In this document: in pieces, positions 1-9,519 of the stretch | Position numbering within the stretch: the first letter of the stretch is position 1 | Layout of the letters: every line of letters begins with the position of its first letter | Assembly (NCBI RefSeq): GCF_018350175.1 | Contig: NC_058368.1 | Span: forward strand, 3,286,001-3,350,000 | Length of the DNA stretch: 64,000 bases | Direction of reading: 5' to 3' | Origin: Felis catus | Taxonomy: Eukaryota | Notes under the pieces: generated by a model | Seen by the model: the letters and a program-made list of their open reading frames with translations, nothing else | What the model was told of the DNA's origin: nothing | Databases searched by the model: none | Position numbers and translations under genes: made by a program

Positions 1-46
1 CCCATCAAGGAATCATTCTTTTATAAGAATCAATGTCTTCCACCTC

Positions 47-249
47 TTTTTTTTTTAATTTTTAGAGAGAGACAGAGAGATTGTGAGCAGAGGAGAGGAC
101 AGAGGGAAAGAGAGTGAGAATCTTAAGTAGGCTCAACTCTCCGTGCCGAGCCAGACATAGGGCTGGCTGGATCCTGTGACCCTGGGATCATGACCTTAGC
201 TGAAATCAAGAGTTGGACTCTCAACCGACTGAGCCACCCAGATGTTCCC
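47..249 (-). mobile_element. CAN-SINE (diverged)
   Basis: Reverse tRNA-like head (actgagccaccca), (GA)n tract and poly-T. Confidence 0.9.
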
Positions 250-413
250 TTTTTTTTATTTTTTTTTTAATTTTTAGAACGTTTTCTACGTCTTGTTTTT
301 TTCCTGAAGAGAGTTTAATTCTGTTTTCAATTTGATGGCAAGATGTGAGGCTATTTGTTTTGCTTTGTTTGTTTGTTTTAATCTGCTTCTGTATTTGAAA
401 TTCCTTTAACCTT

Positions 414-618
414 GGGGAGCCTGGGTGTCTCAGTCAGTTGAGCCTCCGACTTCAGCTGAGGTCATAATCTTGTGGTTCACGAGTTCGAGTCCCACGTGGG
501 GCTCTGTGCTTACAGCTCAGAAGCCCGCTTCGGATCGGTGTCTCCTTCTCTCTCTGCCCCTCTCCAGTTCTCTCTCTCTCTCAAAAATAAATAAGAACAT
601 TTAAAAAATAAAAAAAAA
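414..618 (+). mobile_element. CAN-SINE (SINEC_Fc-like)
   Basis: ggggagcctgggtg head, (CT)n, aataaa and A tail; TSD gaaattccttta. Confidence 0.95.
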
Positions 619-637
619 GAAATTCCTTTATCTTTAG

Positions 638-717
638 AGTGATGACGTCACAATGAGACGGACGGGGGTTTGGAGTATCTGTATCTGTACAGGACCCCTG
701 CTTTGTGAGCAGTTCCG
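638..717 (+). CDS. Candidate coding exon A of an unidentified gene (SDDVTMRRTGVWSICICTGPLLCEQF-R)
   Basis: Acceptor tttatctttAG (636-637) and strong donor CCG|GTAAGT (718). The 80 nt are open in the frame that joins exon B in phase. Confidence 0.45.
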
Positions 718-794
718 GTAAGTGCCTCCTACATTGAGTTGTCACTGTCTGCACTTCCGTATTGAGAAACATGAGATAAACATTATTTTTACAG

Positions 795-1004
795 CATGCA
801 ATCAACAATAAGCCAACAACACTTTATATTCAGACAAAAATATCTTCTCCATCCTCATTTGGCTGGAGTTTATATTGGGGCTTATATGTTAACACTAAAT
901 AGTGAACGTTTAAAAATTTCTGAGCAAATGCAAGTACTTCAGCTCAGTGCAGAATGTCCATCTGGTCTCAGAGTGGCTGGTCTTCAAAAGGAGGAAGGTA
1001 GAAG
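795..1004 (+). CDS. Candidate coding exon B (MQSTISQQHFIFRQKYLLHPHLAGVYIGAYMLTLNSERLKISEQMQVLQLSAECPSGLRVAGLQKEEGR-R)
   Basis: Acceptor ttatttttacAG (793-794) and donor AAG|GTAGGA (1005). The exon is 210 nt, symmetric phase 2, fully open and non-repetitive. ORF 796..1008 stops immediately inside the intron. Confidence 0.55.
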
Positions 1005-1300
1005 GTAGGAAACATTAACACTCCATTCAGAAAACTCCTGCGGGGAGCAAACAGGGGTGAGAAAGGCAAGGAAGGCTGAGTATGGACACGCCAGCACTTG
1101 AGTACATTTTTAAATGATTTTGTTTCACTTGCAGTATGCAATATACAACTAATGATAACTCTGAATGACAGAGTAGGAAAGAGATGTGGCTTTGGACGTA
1201 GACATGCTTCTAACTTCTCTCTGTAGGCTGGTTTACTGTGCTTGTTTTCTTTAAAAAAAACTGATTATATAAATTCATCTAAAAAAAAAAAAGAAAGAAA

Positions 1301-1525
1301 GGGGCGTCTGGGTGGTTCGGTTGGTTAAGCATCCGACTCTTGATATGGGCCCAGGTCATGATCTCATGGTTTCAGTTTGTGAGATCGGGCCTTGAGTCAG
1401 ACTTCTGTGCTGACGGTATGAAACCTGCTTGGTATTCTCTCTCTCCCGGTCTCTGTCCCTTCTCCGCTTGCTTTCTCTCTCTTTCAAAATAGATAAAGAT
1501 TTAAAAATTTTTTTAAAAAAATTAA
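1301..1525 (+). mobile_element. CAN-SINE
   Basis: ggggcgtctgggtgg head, CT tract, A tail. Confidence 0.93.
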
Positions 1526-1795
1526 AGGTAGAGAGGAAAGTTGGCTTAGCACCCATCCATTCCAAATCCCTCAACACCACCTTACAGTGATAGAACAGTT
1601 GTAATTCACAGCCTCAAAAAAGCTACCTAAGAGCAGCTACAGTTCCAGTGTCTTTCGACATAAGGTGTTTTCCTTTATGGATTAGGAAGGAGTGCTTCTA
1701 TATTCAGTGTGAAATCTCTAAAACATTCACATATGTCTTATTTGTCTCCACAGTGGCCTTTTGTTTCTTCTGTGACTTGTCACTCCAACTTTCAG

Positions 1796-1838
1796 GTTTG
1801 AAAAGGGTGTCGATAAAATATGGCCAGTAAATGAGTAA
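1796..1838 (+). CDS. Candidate coding exon C, possibly terminal (R-FEKGVDKIWPVNE*)
   Basis: Long pyrimidine tract ending ccaactttcAG (1794-1795). A phase-2 join to exon B gives AG|G=Arg and TAA at 1836-1838. An alternative donor TGA|GTAAAC lies at 1835. Confidence 0.4.
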
Positions 1839-2030
1839 ACCAAACACGTTAGCGCTAACAAGAAAACTACACGGGAGTGTGATTGTATTTTTAGAAACAA
1901 GTAAAGTAGAAACCATATAAGTGGATGAGTTCTTTAAGAAAGTTTATCCTTTGCATTCAAAATGTTATCAACACAATTCTGATCAGATATTCAACAATCT
2001 TTCTTAGGAAGAAGAAAATTATATTAAAAA

Positions 2031-2251
2031 TTTTTTTAACGTTTCTTCATTTTTGAGAGACAGATAGAGAAAGAGAGACACAGAGTGCGAGTGGGGGAAG
2101 GGCAGAGGGAGAGGGAGACACAGAATCCGAAGCAGGCTCCAGGCTCTGAGCTGTCAGCACAGAGCCAACGCGGGGCTTGAACTCATGAGCCACGAGAACA
2201 CGACCTGAGTCGAAGGCAGACGCTTAACCCACTGAGCCACCCAGGCGCCCC
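2031..2251 (-). mobile_element. CAN-SINE (SINEC_Fc)
   Basis: Ends gagccacccaggcgcccc; contains caggctccaggctctgagctgtcagcacagagcc. Confidence 0.95.
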
Positions 2252-2366
2252 AGTGAGAAAATTACAAAGATCATTATGAGTTATCACAGTCAAGATAACA
2301 AAAAATGAGCAAACAAAAATCCCAAATAACTACATCTAAAAGCATTCATTTAAAAACAGTGTCTAA

Positions 2367-2598
2367 GGGGCATGTGGGTGGCTCAGTCGGTTAAGCGTCT
2401 GACTTCGGCTCGGGTCATGGTCTTGCGGTTCATGAGTTCGAGCCCCACGTCGGGCTCTGTGCTGACAGCTCAGAGCCTGGAGCCTGTTTCAGATTCTGTG
2501 TCTCCCTCTCTTTCTCTCTCTGACCCTCCCCCGTTCATGCTCTGTCTCTCTCTGTCTCAAAAATAAATAAACGTTAAAAAAAATAAATAAAAATAAAA
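2367..2598 (+). mobile_element. CAN-SINE (SINEC_Fc)
   Basis: Full head, CT tract and A tail; TSD aaaacagtgtctaag. Confidence 0.95.
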
Positions 2599-3649
2599 AC
2601 AGTGTCTAAGTACTAAAATAGGATGCTTAGGTATCTACTGTCAAATGGTATTAATTTTTAAGGCCATAGATCAATTATTCTATCAGGAAATTGCATAGCT
2701 TGGCAAAGTTGTACTTTTGGGGTTTGTATGTGAATGGGAAATACAAAAATACAAAATACAAATACATAGAATGATACTATGCCGTATAAATATCTTTCTA
2801 CAAATACAGACTTCATCCAAGGTCCCCAACTGATCTCAGGCTAACTGGCAATTTCTAGTAACTGTAGATTGTTAATTACGTCAAGGTGAAACTTTCTGCT
2901 AACTGAAGCTGTCTTCACGTTAGAAACAGATGGTAGCTGGTAGAGACTAATGTTTATATAGAAGAAGGTAGTTCCCAAAGTCCTGGGTTAAGGAGTGATT
3001 TTTCCTCTGGATTTCGAGTGAGTTTTAAGGAACTGTTCTCTCATAGGCGCTGGCTTACCTGTGAGCAGGACTCACTGTGGTCCGATGGGCAGTGATGCCT
3101 TACCCTGAACAGTCCAAACAGCCACACCGGTTTAGCCAACAACACGTTGTTATTTTCCATTGGATCACACTGTAAGCAATATGAAATCTATGTGCTTAAA
3201 GCTAAACCATAAAGCAAATATTGAGACACTTTATTAGTAGATTTAGATGGGTGAAAAATCAGAGCAAGAATTAAAGAAAAATGCACGTATCGGCACAATA
3301 AGATAACTCAATCGAGGCTTCTTAAGAATTATTAGTTTCTACTGACAACAGCTCTGGTCGTTATAGTTTTGTGTTAAATGAAATTGAAGCACCATGAATC
3401 TTTTAATCTACAAACAAAACCTTTCCAGGGTGTGTGAGGAGATTAAGAACGCTGCACTCCACAAGTCAGAGAAATCTCTGGATCCCTTTAGTATTTGATC
3501 TGCTCTCTAAGACCAGAAACCAGGCACACTTTCTCGTTGTCAAATAACAAAAGCCATACTGATGCCCACACCCGTAATGCCACCGGTTTCCCTTTTACTG
3601 GAAGAAAAGTAAAAATGAACGTCTGTAAGATCTTTCAATTTTGCCACTA

Positions 3650-4709
3650 TGAGAAACTGATTGTTTCCAATTAAAAAAAGAAAACAGTCTAATGACACCA
3701 AAACATGACCATAAAAGAAAAAAAATGATAAATTGACCTTCAGCAGCATTAAAAAATATCTGCTGTGTCAAAGACCTTGTTAAGAAGATGAAAACAATAA
3801 ACAATAGGTAAAAATAAGCCACATAGCGTGCCTTCCCCCAAAAAAGACCTGCATATAGAATATATAAAGAGCTCTCAAAACTCACATTACGAAGGAAATA
3901 ATCCAAGTAGAAAATGGATGAATGGCATGAAGAGACATTTTACTAATGACAACATATAGATGCTAAATAAGCACATGGAATCAATACCACAAATAAGGTG
4001 TCACCGTAGCTCTCAGCTACGTGTCTGACATTAAAAGTTGTGATAGCACCAAACGCTGGGAAGGATGTGGGGAACTTAATCTCTCACACATCGCTGGTGG
4101 GAAAGCAAATGGTACAGATTCTCTAGGAAACAGTTTAGTACTTTCTTATAATTCTAAATATTAAGTAAATACTAAACTAGACTTACCTTAAGATCCAGAA
4201 ATTGCACTGTTGGGCGTTTATCCCAGAAAACTGAAAACTTATGCTCACCCACCAAGGTCAGCGCACAAGGGTGCATTGCAGCTTTACTCGTAATTGTCAA
4301 CACCTAGAAAATACAAGAACAAATATCCTTCACTGGGTGAATGGTCAAACACCTGTGATACATCCACAACATGAAATATCCCTCAGCAATAAAAAGGAAC
4401 AAACTTATTGAAATACACGAGAACACTTGGATGGGGTCTCCAAGAAATTATGCTGAGTAAAAGAAAAAAAAACCCAATCTTAAAAGTCAATAGACTATCT
4501 GATTCTATTTAGATAAAAATTCTTGAAATGGCAAAATCATATACACGGAGAATGGATTAGTGTTTCCAGGGATTAGGGATGGGCTGTGGAGGGAACCAGA
4601 CAATAGAGGGGTAGCATTGGGAATCTTTGTGGTGATGGAACCATTCTTTCTGTTGATTGAACTAATGTTTACACAACTCTACACATGTGATACAATTGCA
4701 GAAGACCAT

Positions 4710-4743
<34 letters not shown>

Positions 4744-4872
4744 GAGTGTGTGTATTAATAATGGTATCTGAAAGGATCTGTCATTGTACCCATGCCAATG
4801 TTGTGGTTTTGGTAATGTACTACTTTGGTGCAACTTCATATAAATCTACAATCATAGCAAAATAAAAAGTTT
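3650..4872 (+). mobile_element. Old L1M fragment (ORF2 end plus 3' UTR)
   Basis: L1 motifs: gatccagaaattgcactgttgggcgtttatcccaga, catccacaacatgaaatatccctcagcaataaaaaggaac, and end aaaataaaaagtt. Confidence 0.85.
4711..4745. repeat. (CG)n(CA)n microsatellite
   Basis: cacgcgcgcgcacacaca... Confidence 0.9.
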
Positions 4873-5314
4873 CAAAGAAAACAAATGAACAAAAAAATGT
4901 CTATGCATTTTTTTCTTCTTATTTCCAGGAAAGAGCCACTATCTACCCATCAGGTAATGATAGAAATTTGTGTGCATTCAGACACTAAAAATAACTCTAG
5001 CACTCCCCCTGCAACATTCACAGTGTGATTTCTACTAAAGGACTTGTCAATCTTTCTTACACTTGAAAATACCTGAGTGAGATTACAAACCGCTGTTAAT
5101 AATAGTACTTGCTCTCGCAGTGGTTCTAAAATGTGAGGAATATACGCTTGAAAAAAATCCATCATAACCCTCACCACTGCAACTTCCCAGTTGAGAAATC
5201 CAGATTACAAACGGAACATTATTAAAAGTTTAAAAAACCCAAAGCTGATATTAAAAGGACTTTTAAAGACACAAAGCTGTAAGAGGTTTCAGATTTAAGA
5301 AATTACATAGTTTC

Positions 5315-5540
5315 GGGTCACCTGGGTGGCTCAGTCGGTTGAGCGTCCGACTTCGGCTCAGGTCATGATCTCCCGGTCTGTGGGTTGGAGCCCCACGTCG
5401 GGCTCTGTGCTGACAGCTCAGAGCCTGGAGCCTGTTTCAGATTCTGCGTGTGTCTCTCTCTGCCCCTCCCTTACTCATGCTCTCTCTCTCTGTCAAAAAT
5501 AGATAAACTTAAAAAAAATTTTTTTTAAGAAAAAACAAAA
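5315..5540 (+). mobile_element. CAN-SINE (SINEC_Fc)
   Basis: Consensus head, body and tail. Confidence 0.95.
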
Positions 5541-5747
5541 AGATTTTTATTAACATTAACATTAAAATTAACATGGTTTCTTCCAGATGGATAAGCATAG
5601 GAAGATGCTAACATATAGTTGACAGTATTCATTGCCACTCATTTATTGATCAAGTATTCATTGAGTATCTACATTAGATGAAAACAAATCTGAAACCATG
5701 TCAATGAACTTTTTGTGTTTGGTGACATTAAAATCCATTGGACTATC

Positions 5748-5978
5748 TTTTATTTTTTTATTTTTTTACTTTTTTAAATGTTTATTTATTTTTGAGAGAT
5801 AGACAAAGCACAAGCAGGGGAGAGGCAGAGAGAGAGAGGGAAACAGAGAATCTGAAGCAGGTTCCAGGCTCTGAGCTGTCAGCACAGAGCCCGACGCGGG
5901 GCTCGAACTCACAGACTGTGAGATCATGACCTGAGCTGAAGTCAGATGCTTAACCGACTGAGCCACCCAGGCGCCTCC
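5748..5978 (-). mobile_element. CAN-SINE (SINEC_Fc)
   Basis: Consensus on the reverse strand; TSD-like ctatcttt. Confidence 0.95.
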
Positions 5979-6570
5979 AGTCTGGCTATCTTTAAAAAAC
6001 TAGTTACCGTCTGAGGTTTTGGAAAATTTAAAACAAAACATGGTGATACCTATCCCTGAAGAGTGCTACCAATTTAGTGAAAAGACTGAAAACCAAGGAG
6101 ATAAATGAAAATATTAACTGAATCTTGTCATGACATCCAACACTGTTATCAACACTTATGGTGATTTAAATACAATGTCTTTAGCTGATAAAAATAGATG
6201 ATTAAGTGGAAATGAAACATCTTTAACAAAATGAGTTAATACACTTGAGAATTAAGTACACCAATCAAAATACTATGTAAAATCATTCTTTGAAAAGTAA
6301 ACTGGAATTTAATGTTTAATTTTGAAAAATAAGCTGATATAATGTATCGTGTTTAGGGATATACAACAATTTATTTCTTGAGCTGAGACTTCTGATGGAG
6401 CCCTCCAGAAATGATAGATTATAGAATTTAGAGTAAATAAACCATATACGTGTCTTCTTAGAGAAGACCTCATCATATTTCAGTTTTTAAACATATTTCA
6501 GTTTCAGTTCTTAATAACTTCTGTCTGGATTTTTTTTTTAATTTTTGCTTTACTTTAAGTACTACATGTT

Positions 6571-6793
6571 GGGGCGCCTGGGTGGCGCAGTCGGTTAAGC
6601 GTCCGACTTCAGCTCAGGTCACAATTTCGCGGTCCGGGAGTTCGAGCCCCGCGTCAGGCTCTGGGCTGATGGCTCAGAGCCTGGAGCCTGTTTCCCATTC
6701 TGTGTCTCCCTCTCTCTCTGCCCCTCCCCCGTTCATGCTCTGTCTCTCTCTGTCCCAAAAATAAATAAACGTTGAAAAAAAATTAAAAAAAAA
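6571..6793 (+). mobile_element. Young CAN-SINE (SINEC_Fc)
   Basis: Near-consensus and CpG-retaining; perfect TSD taagtactacatgtt. Confidence 0.97.
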
Positions 6794-7084
6794 TAAGTAC
6801 TACATGTTAACTTAGTTCTGGTTACTCTGTGCTCTTCCTTTTGTGGTCTTTAATCCCTCTTTTGCAAAAGAGGATGGCCCAGGGTGACCAACTGAGTGAC
6901 TCCAGAGCAGAAAAACCCAAAACAGTGGATATGAATTGACAAGGAGACAAGAAACTCTCAGGCACTCATCCATTCTGCCTTTGGTGCTCAGACAAGAGTT
7001 GTATCATCTCCTGGCTTGGGCAGACGTGACATCAACGGACATGATGATTTTTTTCCTGACGTGATTTCGTGATTACAAATGTTA

Positions 7085-7300
7085 TAATACTGTCCATTTG
7101 CTTAGCACTTTTGGGTTTGTTTATTCTCACACCAGGTTCCCTCATCTGATCCTCAACAGGCTTTGGAGGTGGATATGACTCAACTCAGAAAAAACTGAAA
7201 CTCAATAGGTCAAGTAGCAGAGGCAAAGGCACACCCATCAAGTAAAGGTGTGGCCAGATCACATCCCCCGATCCAAGTTAGGTCCTTTCCGTTGTAGCAT
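7085..7300 (-). mobile_element. MIR fragment
   Basis: Core-like ctcatctgatcctcaacagg...gaaaaaactgaaactcaataggtcaagt. Confidence 0.5.
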
Positions 7301-9297
7301 ATTTTGTTCTAAGTCATTTCAAATTTGGGAATTTTTTGTTACTGTGAGTTGATTTTAAATATGCCATAGCTGCATTAGATCTCTTCCATCCAGGAATGGG
7401 CAATAGGGATTTTCATTTACGTCCACTCTTTGGGGAGTCTGCCACTCTGGGAATGTAGGCGTCTCTCCTAAGTCTTTGTTGGCATTAACTCTAAAATTTT
7501 GGGTTTTAATTGTATCACCACCTAACTCTTCTATAATTTTCTTCCCAAGCATGGGAACCAAAATCCATGTCTCATCTCCACCTGCTAATCTCAGAACCAG
7601 CTGTGAAACCTTTGAGTCATGTCACTGAATGGGTATCTTGAAGGAACCCTGTTTTTGAGGCCAATGCATTTCGGAATGTTCCTGTTGTCCAAGTACCTCA
7701 ATAGTTACAGAGCTCTCAGGCTAGCCTGGTTTCTGTGAACTCAAGGTTCCGTTGACCTAGCTGATTCAATACTTGTTTTTATTCATAATCTATGCTCACC
7801 TCCCAATCTTTGCTACTGTCTTTTTCCTTGAGAGCGCTCTCAATTTTTAAAAATAATTTTCTGTAGTCCCTATATTATGCTATTTGACTTGTGGGTCACA
7901 CTTGGGAAGAGCTCTTTCCTCCTTGCACTGAATTGCAAGACCACTAAAAGTTAGCTTTGTCTCCTCTCTCTGTAGACACATTTCCTGAATGTTGTTATTC
8001 AACCTATGTGGTGATCATTTTAACATTTTTAAAATCCCAGACATTGAAACCAATAGTATTCTTGTTTCAGGACAGAATCCAAGTAAAGAAATTAATACCC
8101 TGAAATTATATTACATAAATGTGTTTTAGGAGGGGAGAAATGTTACATTTGTCAGTACTGTTAACTACAAAAGGATGGCCATAAGGATCATTTCCAGCCT
8201 GTCACTCTGCACTAGGTGCACTGTATTGAAGGCCAATGTCCAATTATCTTCAGCCAGACTTGGATCAGTATGACTGGGGAGAAACACAAATGCCTGAAAT
8301 GCACCAGGAGTCTGATTATAGTCAGCAGAGAATCAATGCCAAGCCTCCAAGGATCCACGAAAACCTGTCCAAGTTGGCAATTCACCTTGCATTTTTCTGC
8401 ACAGGATAAACCTTTGGCTCTCTGGAATGTTTGATCTGACCTATAGATGAGAAACGCAATCAGCCATTCTTTATCTATGTTAGATTTTGTGTACTATCTA
8501 TATTGCTATATTTCTCCATGACGCCAAAGACAACTGCCCTCCGTGGCCTGTTCTGATTACAGTGACAGCTTTGAGCTTGTACGAGTCAATCTGTAAATTT
8601 TTATTTGCTTACCTACCTCATGTGCCAGGTCGGGCAATTTATGTAGATAGACTATACCTTTTACATATGGTATTTTCTTTTCTGATTTCGCACCTAATGT
8701 GGCCTTTAAGAAAGGACTAACTATTTCATATGGGCTAACTTATTGCCTTTAAGCAGGAAACGTGTTGGCCAATCACCCTGGAGAGAACAGTTGGACACAT
8801 CTCAAGAAAGGGTCGTGAGTCGGCCTCAGAGATGGCCACAGAAACCCAGCAGGAGGTACGGCTCACCTCGGATGCTCCTGGGCAGAGACTTTCGGTTGTC
8901 TTCCTTTCCTAATTCCAATGCTGGGCTTTCACTTAGTGCTTTTTATCAATTTCCTTACAAAAGTTTATATGTACTACTTTGGAACCAACTTACCTTATTA
9001 GCAAATGAAAAATACAGACCAGAAGTCAGGACATCTCCACCTGTTTCTCCATTGGTTCTCTTCCCCCCCCCTCCCCCCCCCCAGTCAACTTTCCTACTGT
9101 TGCCCACACTGATACATAATAGGAATTCAGAGGGTAACACATTGCTATAGTTCACTTTTTTCTTCAATTCTATTAGATATTCATGGATCGCATCATTTGT
9201 TTTATGAATGGAGCAGCTACAACTTTGGATACAGGGACTGCAGGTGACCCTGTCGTACATCGTCAAGAGCATATTGTCAGTAGTAAGACGGCTATCA

Positions 9298-9519
9298 GGG
9301 GTGCCTCAGTGGCTCAGTCGGTTAAGTGTCTGACTCTTGGTTTCGGCTCAGGTCATGATCTCCTGGTTTGTGGGATAAAGTCTCGCATTGGGCTCTGGGC
9401 TGACAACACAGAGCCTGTTGGGGATTCTCTCTTTCTCTCTTTTTCTCTCTCTGTGCCCCTCCCCCACTGGCACTCTCACACACATGTACTCTCTCTCTCA
9501 AAATCAATAAGCTTAAAAA
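9298..9519 (+). mobile_element. CAN-SINE
   Basis: ggggtgcctcagtggctcagtcggttaag head, CT tract. Confidence 0.93.

Noticed and set aside
960..3615. Minus-strand splice signals (acceptors near 3598, 3171 and 1038; donors near 3105 and 3058)
   Set aside because: They do not give a consistent open chain, and one is simply the reverse complement of the + strand donor (ctgtaag). An antisense lncRNA is not excluded.
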